DNA of 64,000 nt from Octopus sinensis (GCF_006345805.1 NC_043003.1:73532001-73596000), one strand, 5' to 3'. Shown: positions 1 to 11,690, numbered from the stretch's first letter. The notes: a model not told the origin generated them from the letters alone. Numbers and translations are program-made.

Positions 1-128
1 TCGACTTTGCCTTTCATCTTTTCGGTGGTCGATAAATTATGTACCAGTTGCGTACTGGGGTCGATCTAATCGACTGAAACTCTCCCCCAAAATTTCGGGC
101 CTTGTGCCTAGAGTAGAAAAGGTTATTA
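1..128 (+). mobile_element. 3' half of tRNA-derived SINE (family A), cut by window start
   Basis: tcgactttgcctttcatc...ggtcgataaatta.gtaccagttgcgtactggggtcgatctaatcgact...cccaaaatttcgggccttgtgcctag matches the reverse complement of copies at 12701-12911 and 24924-25108. Confidence 0.75.
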
Positions 129-566
129 TCTATAAGTACTATTTTACTAACAGTATTGCTACAACAGTTTCAGTTACCGCTACTGATAATACTTCTACCG
201 TTGTGACTACCAATACTACTGCTGCTGATACCACCAACAACACTAACAGACACACCTACAAGTACTGATGTTACTACTATAAATTGCAGTGTTCAGTAAA
301 ACCGTTCCGTGGAACCTGGGAAGTTGACATAATTGTAAAAAGAACGTACAAAAGGCAGCTAAATACCAAAAGTCGACGATAAGTGACCAGCTTTGAGTAC
401 GCAATCACAACGATTGACCTATGGCGACTATTTCATATCCCACATTGCAAACTGTATTTATCACCCAATAACCCCACAGTTTAGATGTAAAATCACGTTG
501 AGAGCGACCAGGTGTAACTAAAATTGATAGTTTGGGTGTTTCTGCGAGGCTAACTCTTCAGCTTCA

Positions 567-648
<82 letters not shown>

Positions 649-747
649 ATAGATGAGTGTAGTTTACCTTGTTAACAATTAACACGGATAAATGAATGAA
701 TAGTTACCAGGGCAGCAAAATCTCACAAGTAAAGATGTTGTAACTCC

Positions 748-993
748 TTGTACTTCCCATATCATAAACCGTTGACCAATCTTAAGTACATTAGCAAATT
801 TAGTAATCATCCTGGAGCAATTACTAAGAATTTAGTTAAGAATATTTCATTTAGATTATCTAAATTATCTGCTAATGTTGATATTTTCAATAATAACGCT
901 GAATTCTATAACTCTGCCTTAATCAAAGCAGGTTATACAAAAAAATTTTCTACATTGATTCTGCTCAGTCTAATTGTAAATTCAATAATGTAG
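748..993 (+). pseudogene. PLE reverse transcriptase C-terminal (thumb) fragment
   Basis: YFPYHKP...YISKFSNHPGAITKNLVKNISFRLSKLSANVDIFNNNAEFYNSALIKAGY fits the PLE pattern YxPYxKP...SNHPPxIxKxIPxxISxRISxLSSNxxIF...YNxALxxSGY; frame breaks after it. Confidence 0.85.
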
Positions 994-1058
994 ATAAGAT
1001 TTCTAGTCGTAAAAGAATTATTGATAACAAACATAACTTACGCACCGATACAAAGCGA

Positions 1059-1850
1059 ATGAAGGCAGATAACCCTTATTTATTCCCCTATTACCGATCT
1101 AAAAGTAAATATAACACCTTCAAAAGTAATTACACTATGAATACTAGTAAAAATATTTGGTTAATAATTCCTTACGGGAGACAAATTAAATCTAATCTCC
1201 CACTGCTGTTTCGTCAAGCTATTGCTAGGAATTTTCCAAATAATTCTAGATATTACTCTATAATTAATTCACATAAGGTTAGGATAGGTTTTTCAAACAC
1301 AAAAAATCTCTTGCAAATTATATCTTCTCATAATAACAAACTGTTAAATATTAATACATTTACTAATACTAACATTAATTTAGCTACTACCATCCAACCC
1401 TCTAGAAATATTAATAACAAGGTTATTGTATCTGAAGTCAATCCCAATAGAATTAAATTTATGTCAAGTAACTCTAAGATTAAAAATTCTATATACCAGT
1501 GTATAATCAGTACTCGTAATAAAGTACGATTTTACATTGGAAGCACATCGTTAGAGTTATCTAAGAGAATTTCTATCCATTACTCAACATTTAGAGATAG
1601 AAATAAACGGAATAGTACCGGTCTCAGCAAACTGATTTGGAATTTAAAAGACCACAATGAACAATTTCATTTGGAATGGTTGATCCTCTCAATTTCGATA
1701 CCATATGACAAAGGCAAGAAATTCTGTCTTCTCTGCAATTCTGAGCTATTTTTCATTATTTTTTCTAAACATATTCTAGTAAACACGGTTATAGAACGAG
1801 CATACAGATGTAAGCATTGGCAAAAGCATACTTTTAGTGCATATAAGTAG
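1059..1850 (+). pseudogene. PLE linker plus GIY-YIG endonuclease, continuing the broken ORF
   Basis: IWLIIPY...NSHKVRIGFS...IISSHNNKLL; IYQC...FYIGST...KRISIH; STGLSKLIWNLK...W.IL...PY..GKKFCLLCNSE...N...CKH. Confidence 0.9.
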
Positions 1851-2051
1851 TCTCTATCATTATATATAGTTTAGACTTTAATTTCCTTTATATTTAACAT
1901 TCACTATTAATATCCCTACTCTTTCTGTTAGCTACTTATGACGTTATATCATATAACGTTTTTTTAAACAATATTAATAGCGTTCTGTCTATCGCTATAC
2001 GAATCCATCATTTTTTGCTAAAATGTCGTATTGACAAGTTTCGTTTTTTCA

Positions 2052-2136
2052 CTTTCCCGAAGAGAAGATTGCATTGTTTATACCTTTTATTCTTTTGAAT
2101 AAGTATCAGTGGAATTTTTGAAACATATGTAGAAAG
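2052..2136 (+). ncRNA. Type-I hammerhead ribozyme motif, core mutated (CCGAAGA), long stem II
   Basis: ctttc-CCGAAGA-[stem II gaagatt/aattttt, cattg/cagtg, atac/gtat, ttattc/gaataa]-GAAAC atat GTA-gaaag. Confidence 0.7.
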
Positions 2137-2322
2137 AAAAAATACTTGTTTAAACCTGCGTTGACTCCATTTTTTATTCCTATATATATATATATATTAT
2201 ATATATATATATATGTATATGCATATGTATGTGTGTGTGTGTATGTGTAGAAAGTTGAAAAGGACACGCGAGTTGAACATAAGGAAAATAAGACAAGCTA
2301 GAAAATGGTAAAATAATTTTAT

Positions 2323-2447
2323 CATTTTAGTTCCGGTTTCAGATTTCGCGACTTTTTCAACTTAGAGTAAAACACGAAAAATAATTAATTTATCATGCTT
2401 TACTCTAAGTTGAAAAAGTTGCAGAGACTGAAACTGGTACTAAAATG
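2323..2447. repeat. Imperfect inverted repeat (about 50-bp arms) containing a degenerate HHR
   Basis: cattttagttccggtttcag...actttttcaacttagagtaaa vs tttactctaagttgaaaaagt...ctgaaactggtactaaaatg. Confidence 0.7.
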
Positions 2448-3875
2448 TTCGGTTAAACTCCAGTTTCTGACGTGGGAAAAATAGTGTAATAGGTCTAAAA
2501 CAGCATTCCGATGTGAATTTTCCGAGTCCACTCCCCCAACCACACTTTTCACAAGAGCGTATTTTTTTTTTCACATTCGTTTACTGCATGTTGTTTGGAT
2601 AGTCATATAACTTTACCCCGAAAATTGCACCCATAGCTTGGAATTTTGGTAGGTCGTATACATATTACAAGGACAACGCATGTGTGTGAGAAAGGTGTGT
2701 GTGTGTGTGTGTGTGTGTACTCTGGAATGGCCTGGAACATAACTATAACACTTATTACAAAAACGTTTTCCTAATATTTAGGGAGAAATATGTGAAACCT
2801 GCGTGTTGAATGGTATTTATATTTAAAGGAATTCAAGGATAGAGTAAGTGAAAAAAATATAGTGCGATGGTGTATGTAAGATAAAAATTATAAAGGTTAT
2901 GATAGGATATTAGAAAGGTGAGCTGATGTGATAACAAAGGTAGAAAACGTTAATAGTTTTCTTAATGCAAGTCACTTTGTTCTACGCAAAAGTAACAATA
3001 AATTGAATCAATATCAGGAATTAAAGTAGATATCCTGACAATATGATGTGAACGTGAAATATGATAAATTTAAAAATGAAAACATATGTCTGACATGAAG
3101 TTCTGCGTATTAATCACTTTAATTATTCTGTGATCTCACATTTTACCAGCACGTTACTCTTTAAAAGAACACAATTCAAATGGCGTTTTTTTTTCTTTTT
3201 ATGAATACTTGCTATATTCCATATCACAAACTATAGAAGTACAAAACAACATCACTTCGAAATACATGGTATGCTTCATGATAATAGACAAACACAATTT
3301 TGGCATTCATTTGAATTTCAAAATTAAGTGGTTGTATTATATTCTAATTAATTACTACAAACAGTAAATTAATTTCTAGAAATAAATATTGATAATAGAG
3401 TATTACATTTCCAATCACATGACAGCAGAATAACAGAAACTTAATTCATATTTTCAAACAGTCTTCCCAATATGAGCTTAATAAATAAGTTAAATTAAAA
3501 TGAGATAATAATTATGTAACTGATACTATAATGTTAATAATAATCACCCATCGTCAGGCGAAATAATCTGATAGAAATATTACAACAGAATAAATATTAC
3601 ATATGTAATGACATTGTGTTTATTCTTTTTCGCTATTTCTTCATTGTAATGGTTTTATAAGTTACAATCTTCAGAGATTTTATTTTCTCATTCTTCAAAT
3701 CAAATCTAGCGCAGTCGAATGCTAAACGTAAACAATAAATAAACGGCCAAGATCGGATTAAAGTCTTCGATCCCACGGTAAACTATTTCAGGAAATATAA
3801 GCAAATCTATTCGTATTTTAATCAATTATTTGAATTTAACTGGATTGTTCAAATAAAGGCTGACTTGAGAATTAA

Positions 3876-4332
3876 ACTCAATTTCTTTTTTCAATCTTAT
3901 AAGAAAATCCATTGAAAACGTGCTGAGCATCTTTGGAGTTAATTTAACTCTTCTTTAAGCATAAGTGTTTCTAATCAGCACCCTTCGTCACTTTTGTAAT
4001 CTTTATTAATTTTGACTCTAGGTTCTAATTGCTAATGATCCACCCTTTTCAGTTGTTGTTTAAACTTTTACCATTTTGAAAATCAGTACATGTTTTCAAC
4101 AGTTTTTCTTATAAGATTAACGAAGGAAATTGAGATTAACCCAAGGCGTTAAGAGCCGCTGATGAGAATTAAGGTGGTCTAAACCAAAATTTGAAATCGC
4201 AATACGGCTATATACGCTAGGATCTTACCTCCTTTTGTCAGTCATTACGTATAGGGCTTTAGTGGCTTTGGAGTTAATTTAACTTTTATTTTAGCATAAG
4301 AGTCGCTAGTCAGTAACCTCCGTCACTTTTGT
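3876..4332. mobile_element. PLE-pLTR-like composite: inverted arms 3876-3930/4081-4134, direct repeats 3930-3995/4266-4330, HHR between
   Basis: ctcaatttc...aatcttataagaaaa...ttgaaaac inverted at 4081-4134; ctttggagttaatttaact...agcataag...cgtcactttt occurs twice. Confidence 0.6.
4154..4209 (+). ncRNA. Type-I hammerhead ribozyme motif with canonical core
   Basis: agccg-CTGATGA-gaatt...aattt-GAAA-t cgca a-TA-cggct; predicted cleavage after AUA at 4204. Confidence 0.75.
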
Positions 4333-4340
4333 TTCTTCTG

Positions 4341-4388
<48 letters not shown>

Positions 4389-4389
4389 A

Positions 4390-4572
4390 GGAGGGGAGTG
4401 TACGTGTCTTTGTGTCTGCGTTTTTACCCCCACTATTTATGTCCCACGAAACTTAAGAGAGATCAATAGAATAAGTACTAGGCTTACAAAGAATAACTCA
4501 TAGGAACGATTTCTTCGACTAAAATCCTTTAAGGCAGTACTCCAGTATGGCCGCAGTCCGATGACTGAAACT
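4390..4572 (+). mobile_element. SINE family B, 3' half, degenerate
   Basis: atagaataagtactaggcttacaaagaataa...cgactaaa...tactccagtatggccgcagtc matches the reverse complement of 28458-28620. Confidence 0.6.
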
Positions 4573-4659
4573 GTAAAAGAATATAAAACAAGCTGCACTC
4601 ATCTGAATTTAAAATACAGAATGGTTAATTTCGGTTTCAAATGTTGCCACAAGGACACT

Positions 4660-4785
4660 AAGTTGGAACGAGAAGGTAAGTCGATTACACCGATCCTCGG
4701 CATAGATGAAAGACAATGTCAGCCTCGGCGGAACCTGAGCTCAAGACGTAAAGACGGATGAAATACCGCTAAGCTCTCCGCCTTA
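4660..4785 (-). mobile_element. SINE family A, degenerate and internally deleted
   Basis: agtcgatta...cctcggcggaacctgagctcaagacgtaaagacggatgaaataccgctaagc resembles the other family A copies. Confidence 0.55.
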
Positions 4786-5365
4786 ATGATTATAAATATT
4801 AAATGGAAACAGAATTTCCATGCGAAAATTTAATTAAATATCATTTAACGAATTTTAAAACTTTATATCATTACTAACGATTTTATTTGTATTATAAAAT
4901 CAAATATATACTTGTGCCTGAAATCGATTCTGTATGAGTATTTGTGTGTGTAAGTTATCTGTATGTGTGCGTATCTGGAGAAGGTAAAATCACTGCATTT
5001 GTGTGTGATCAGTCGAGATTTCTATATGCATGTTTTACGTGTAAGTGTGTGGATGTTTTTTTTTATTAAATTTAAGAGTGCTGCTAATTGGATGTTTATT
5101 CAAAAGCCGTATGTCAATGTGTGAGTGAATATCGTAAAGTGGGCATTTATTACAAGTTTATTGTTTCAGTCATGAAGATCGAGTTGTAGATTAATACTAC
5201 AAGCCATTTAGAGTCCAATATACAAGATCATATACACGCTTAAGAAAGCACAGACACACCTCTGTACGCGCATACATATAAATGTACGGATATTATGTAT
5301 CTATGCATATATGTATATCTATCTCCCTCCCTCTCTCTCTCTCTCTCTCTTTACTATATATATAT

Positions 5366-6195
5366 AGTAAAGTTTATATGCCAACTGAATGTGGCAGTCC
5401 TATAAAGGACGATGTTACTGTTGTTTTAGTCCCAGGAAAACATCTTTTCTAGCTGGCTATCGACACACAGTTTGTGTTCGTATAGCATTTGCATGGGAGG
5501 TCATCGCTCTCATCTCTAGCCTTACGAGATACTCACAGACCTAGGTTTCTGAATGTTATCCGTCGTCAATATGAGACAATCACAAACTAGTGATGAAAGA
5601 TCTCTCCACTTGCAAATACTATATATTTTTTAAGCGACACTCAGCTGCTGATCTCGTATAGAGAAAACAACTCGTTTAAAACTTTTGAGCGGGCGATATA
5701 CAGTAACAGTACCGGGTAGTAATGTTTATATGCCAACAGAATGTGGCTGTCCTATAAAGGACGATGTGGCTGTTGTTTTAGTTCCAGAAAAAACTCTTTT
5801 CCAGCTGGCTATCGGCTCACATTTTGAGTTCGCATAGCATGTGTAAGGGAGAGCATTACTCCCATATCTAGCCTAACATGATACTCACAGACCTAAATTT
5901 CTGGAGGTAATCCGTCCTTTGTGTGTGACGACCAAAAGCTAGTGACGAAAGCTCTCTCTACTTGCAAATATTTGCAAAAGTTTTTCAAGCTGTCTATCGA
6001 CACACAGTTTGTAGCCGTATTGCGTTTGCAATGTAGGTCATCACTCTTCGATAGTCAGCTGGAAAAGATGTTTACCTGGGCTAAAACAGCAGTAATATCG
6101 TGCTTTATATGACTGCCACATTTTGTTGGCATATAAACATTACTGTTAGGTATTGTTACTGTATATCTCTCGCTCGGAGATATAAAACAAGTTGT
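5366..6195. mobile_element. Non-autonomous element 5667-6195 with about 145-bp inverted arms, preceded by a partial tandem copy 5366-5620
   Basis: Arms 5667-5815 and 6050-6195 are reverse complements (gatatacagtaac...gtttatatgccaac...ccagctggctatc); 5366-5620 repeats 5718-5970. Confidence 0.7.
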
Positions 6196-8812
6196 GGGCA
6201 TGGCTATGCAAGCACACTATGCTCATAGGGTAATAACTAAAATAAAATTTTATCAGGAATCAAATTTAGATAAGCAGAGAATGGAGAAAACTTTTGATCA
6301 ACAAACAAATGGGCTAACATCGGTTAATACAAAACAAAATTACTTATTTTCATGGTCGTTTCGGCTGCCAATGTTAGTCGGTGCTTACAAAGAATATTCT
6401 GAAAATAATATTCGCCATCTTTATAACACATTCGATCAAGTACATGGAGGTTCATCAGAGTGAATACAAATGCATAAAAATAAACCCCAAATGTTAAAAC
6501 CCTCTGACAACTAATTTTACTTTTCTGTACCTTTTATAGCATGGGTGAGCTTGTTTGAACTAGCTTCAATCTGGGCTTAATCATTTCAACCAGCATACTG
6601 GTTTAAACAACACCCCTGTTGAACATAACTTAAATGTAATAACTTAATATTAACTGACCTCCTCTCCAGATTGTATAAGTCTATATTTGGGCACTGGAGT
6701 AGATGACTTCCCATGACGCTTCCCTTACGCTTATTGTGTGTGAATGGAAGTGAAATATTGTGGTAGACCCAATATGGCTACATCCACGTAAGGGTTGATA
6801 TAACAAGAAGTTTAATAATATGAATAATCTAATTTTAATTATAATATAATATATATTAAGTGATATTTAGTAAGCTGTGGTAGGACCTGGAGTTTGAAAT
6901 CATGTTAGTAATTAGCAATTGATTTAACTGGTAATCGTTTAACTGTTTGGTTTCTTTGTACATTTGCCCTCTCGTATGTCTAAGAGGCAGAATGCCCTCA
7001 GGAAAGTATAGACATTTACTTGTTCGTCTAGTATTATCACAACTCGGAGGTATGCTGCCTATTTAAGATGTCAGATTTGGCATAATATTTCAAAGGTAAT
7101 TTCCACTAGTATTCTCCTCTCCTATCAGTAGTCTCCCCTTAACTGTAAAAAATAATTTATAGCCGTAGTGGTTGCTAGTATTTATCTTTTTTTTAAAAAT
7201 TTTTTTCTATGTTACGTTGAGATGGTGAAGAAGGGGATAAGCGGCCTCGTGCCACTTATGACGTATGGGGTGGGGAACGTCGCCTCCAGCGTTCAACTGA
7301 CACTTAATTCATCAGTCCGAATGGAGGAAATGCAATGTTGACATCTGAGGAATTTGAAATTAGAAAAACAAGTTTATTATACATAATTTGAATAAAACCA
7401 TTTGATAAAAGAGTGGGTAAAGTCAATTAACTGGAGTGTAGTATTTTCATAAAGAGTGAAGAAATGTTTGCAACGATAACAAGAACGTTTCGTGAAACTC
7501 AAAGCAGGGAAGTTATAAATGAAAATGAATTAGAATATTACACGGGAATTGGTGGATCACCTTGTATGCTGTAACTTTCCTGAATATGCATAAAGAGAAT
7601 AATTTTGGAAGCTTTGCCATCTCTGTAAAAACAAATGAGTGGTGTGTTGTCACAAGAAATAAACGGTTTATATTTTCGAGTAGAATTGTATTCAAAATCT
7701 TTTGGCGCAGTAAGTGATGAGAAAAGAAAATACACCCATCAAATTCACCGACATAACACATCGACGAGTGGTAGATAAATGAAATGCTAATTTTAAAAAT
7801 AATTAGAAAATTACTCAGTTGTAAACACGATCTGCTGTATCGATCTTTTAATCACGTCTTTTATACATATATTTTAAACATGAAAATATTGTACCGACTG
7901 AAATGGATCTGTTCCAGTAATAATATTAGTTTTGTGGTGGTTAATTAATTATTCAACTTGCGTCAACACATAGTATTAATGAAAACGAAAAGAAAATTGA
8001 AAAAAGAACATATTGCAAAACAAGTAGTCAGTTGTGGCAGATATCAATTGACTTCTCACTTTCCATACGCTAAGTTGAAGCTTAACAGAAAATGACATCA
8101 TCAAAATACATTTAACTCATGAAAACATATCTGACACTAAGACCTCAATCTCACTGAATATATGATCGCTTATTTAAATAAAAAAAAATGTTTTGAAAAT
8201 ATTTAATCAATATTTATTCAAGCATACACGCAATAATTTTCGTCAACACTGTAAAAAATGATTTTGGCAAATCATTTGTTCACTCTATGTCAATGAGTCG
8301 GCAAATTTTGATGAGGTCGAGATTTAAAAACATCAAGTCTATTTTAGATTTTTGTTTAGCTGTCACAATTTTTTCTCACACGTCTCGTTAAAATTAATTT
8401 CTAATGAATGAAAATATTTATCCTTTTAACATCAAATAGAATACATAAAAAATGAATATTAAAAATGTAGTGCTTTCTTTTACTTTATATACAACATTAA
8501 GTGATCCGAAAGAGTTATTTCTCGATAGTTCGAATGTATACATATACATACAGATGACAAAGAAGAAAGCTGGAAAATATTTAGGCATCCTTTATTCACC
8601 ATTACACATGCTTCACTTACTAATAGGAATGACAGAACTTTACTTAATAGATAGACGTGCATGTAACGGCAGCAACTACATTCTGGATTGTAATAATGGA
8701 ATAAGCAGATGTGCTTAAAGAGGAAACACCTTATGTTTTAGCCAACCTACCAATATATTCTACATAAATACTTGCATGCATACATATATTTATACATATA
8801 TATATACCTGCG

Positions 8813-8848
<36 letters not shown>

Positions 8849-8849
8849 C

Positions 8850-9235
8850 CGTGTGTGAGGAAAAGTTGATATTTCGTGTGTGTCATTTGTGGGAAGAAGT
8901 GCTTGAGTCGTGTGGGACTTGTAAGCCATCACAGAACTCATAGGAATCGTCAAATGGTAAATTGTGATATGGCTATTGTTTACAACAGAACTTGTACAAC
9001 CTGTGGAAAAGGGCGCCTTTCATTTGGAGGATTGAAAAGGCATGTCAAAAGAGTTCGCACTGTAGTACCTACTTCTTCTGCCAGCCAGAGCATCTGTGCA
9101 TTTTGCAATAACATGTGCAAATCATTCGCTGGGCTCAAGAGTCGTACAAGGGCCTCACATTGCATCAACAATGACTCATTTCAGGGATTCTTTCTTGCAA
9201 TGGCTTTCCTCCTATACGAAATAGCAGCTAAGCTA
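8850..9235 (+). mobile_element. 3' tail of an RTE-like LINE with one intact and two degenerate C2H2 zinc fingers
   Basis: CVICGKKCLSRVGLVSHHRTH (C-x2-C-x12-H-x3-H), CTTC...H, CAFC...; starts and ends in microsatellite; the xxGLxSHxRxH finger is typical of RTE-clade C-termini. Confidence 0.6.
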
Positions 9236-9262
9236 TATATATATATATGTGTGTGTGTGTGT

Positions 9263-9298
<36 letters not shown>

Positions 9299-9303
<5 letters not shown>

Positions 9304-10180
9304 CGTGTTTACAAATAACACGGAAAAAATAAATAAAATGTTGCCAGGGTAGTAAAATTTCACACGAGTAACAAGGATGTAACACCCTATTTATAAAGGT
9401 AGAAACTACATGTTTAGGTGAAATGTTTAGTATAATATAGATAAATAAATAAATGGAGTTAAACGCAGATGTTATTCAAATTCTTTTATTTCCGACAAAT
9501 GTTTCGAAGACAACATTGGTGTTATACTAGAAGGAATAAAATGGTGTAAAGCAATGCAATGAAAATATCGCAGTTTTACACCATTGTATTGCTTCTAGAA
9601 TGACACCATTTTCCCTACATATAGTTAGAAACCAATTCGGTGGGGCACTCTTCTGTAGGTATGACATATGTATAATGTAACTATAGAGACAGCATGTGTG
9701 CCGTTCTGTATGTGTAGGGGTGTGTGTGTTGTGTGTGTGTGTGTGTGGTGTGTTTTCCGTGTTTACAAATAACACGGAAAAAATAAATAAAATGTTGCCA
9801 GGGTAGTAAAATTTCACACGAGTAACAAGGATGTAACACCCTATTTATAAAGGTAGAAACTACATGTTTAGGTGAAATGTTTAGTATAATATAGATAAAT
9901 AAATAATGGAGTTAAACGCAGATGTTATTCAAATTCTTTTATTTCCGACAAATGTTTCGAAGACAACATTGGTGTTATACTAGAAGGAATAAAATGGTGT
10001 AAAGCAATGCAATGAAAATATCGCAGTTTTACACCATTGTATTGCTTCTAGAATGACACCATTTTCCCTACATATAGTTAGAAACCAATTCGGTGGGGCA
10101 CTCTTCTGTAGGTATGACATATGTATAATGTAACTATAGAGACAGCATGTGTGCCGTTCTGTATGTGTAGGGGTGTGTGT
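9299..10180 (-). repeat. Two near-identical tandem 454-bp units of a PLE-pLTR-like sequence
   Basis: ttttccgtgtttacaaataacacgg starts at 9299 and 9753; minus strand carries GAAACatttGTCggaaa and a long hairpin; homologous to both ends of the PLE at 651-2183. Confidence 0.85.
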
Positions 10181-10219
10181 TTGTGTGTATAACTGTAATA
10201 AGCTCTATTACTTTTCTTG

Positions 10220-10980
10220 ATAGAAGAAAAAGAGGAGTATAAAATTATTTGACTCGTCAATCGGAAGAGTTTATTTTGTGCATCCGAGTCACTATGAATG
10301 TTTCTTCATGAAATAAGAGGACCGACTTCCTTCTCCTTCCTGAGAACTATTGATGGTCGAACTGTTCGTACTTATAGAGAAGCCTGTTTAGCCTTAAATT
10401 TTTTAGATGACCGTCAGTGGGATAAAACATTGGAGTCTTCAGCGTCGTGCACATTTATTTCTTTGAGAGATTTTTTGTAATTCTTCAACTAAATTGTGAA
10501 GTAAGTAATCCATTCGCGTTGTGGCACAAGTATAAGAATGATTTATCGGAAGACTACAAATATGAAGCACAATTGAGATTCTCTGAGAGGGAAATAGCAT
10601 CCAACGATGACAGATATAATTCTGGCTCTGTTGATATTGAAGAGTGAGGGGAGGAACTCAATGGGAGGGAAGGAGCTCAACAAGTGTGATTTACCAGAAA
10701 CTGTTCGAACTGAGGTGAATAATTTGATCACAGAAGATACGTTTTGCGAGAAACTTCATGTGTTGATTCATTAACAATATTCCTTGAAGTAAATGTCCCG
10801 AAACTTTTGCAAGACTAACAACTTGCATATACAACAATCATTGACAAAGTGACACATGGGAGAGGAGGATTATATTTTTATACACACCAGGAGGAACTGG
10901 AAAAACTTTTGTGCCCAATTTAGTGCTAGCCAAACTACAGCAGAAAAAGGAAATAGCCTTAGCTGCTGTGAGCAGCTGTC
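10220..10980 (+). pseudogene. Helitron Rep/helicase fragment (pre-helicase region to PIF1-type Walker A), frameshifted
   Basis: IGRVYFVHP; HEIRGPTSFSFLRTIDG...TYREACLALNFLDD.QWD; LRDFFVIL..NCEVSNPFALWHKYKNDLSED; GGL.F.TPGGTGKTF..NLVLAK...K.IALA (Walker A at 10887-10907). Confidence 0.9.
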
Positions 10981-11259
10981 TGTAGACATATATAATCCCC
11001 ACTCATTACCGAAAGCTGAACAGTTATCTCCTTTACCCACAACAGTAACAATAATAACGACAACCAATTACCTCCCTTTATTTATCTACTAGTGAAGTCA
11101 TTCACTCGTGAATTTCATCACACACAACATGGACCAAATTTCTTCTTAACAAAATATATATATTCAAATAAGTAAAACATAAAATCATGAATAGCGATAG
11201 CGAAACCGGTCGATATATTAAAAATTATATTAAAGCTATGTAAGTGTGCGTATTTTTTA

Positions 11260-11690
11260 ATTTCTTATATATATATACGCACGCACACACGCACACGAAT
11301 GCATACACCTAACACTCACAACCCCACGGACACACGTATATACACCCACATACGCATACACACAAACACATACAGACGCACACATATACGCACACACAAC
11401 TACACGCAAATACGACTCGCACGCACACACACGCACACACACTCACAAATGAACCCACACGTACATCCCATACACACAACATACACTCATACATACACGC
11501 ACACAATTATACACTACATGTATACACACATACGCACATACAAGCACACACGTACACATACACAAACTCTACGCTTACACACAAGAAAACACACATACAT
11601 ACACACACACACTACAAACAAAACACACACACAATACATATACATACACGCAAATACACACATACTTCAAACTACCAGTACCTTTCACTG
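11260..11690. repeat. Degenerate (CA)n/(CATA)n low-complexity tract
   Basis: Direct reading; explains the H/T-rich and V/C-rich ORFs. Confidence 0.9.

Larger units (their letters stand above)
651..2183 (+). mobile_element. 5'-truncated Penelope-like element: inverted pLTR tail, RT thumb, GIY-YIG, 3' pLTR with HHR; flanked by (TA)n on both sides
   Basis: Coding motifs listed in the next two features, HHR at 2052-2136, (TA)n at 567-650 and from about 2181. Confidence 0.85.

Noticed and set aside
6194-6463. 89-aa ORF, with CTGATGA on the opposite strand
   Set aside because: No recognisable domain, and the HHR stems could not be built.
7230-7350. tcatcag (CTGATGA on minus strand) at about 7310
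   Set aside because: It lies in a degenerate SINE family A body, with no stems or GAAA partner.
7440-7780. Possible piggyBac-like coding remnant
   Set aside because: Only vague similarity, many stops, no D-D-D motifs or TTAA ends.
9299-10180. Direct repeats as a CRISPR-like array
   Set aside because: Eukaryotic context, two 454-bp units, no unique spacers and no cas genes.
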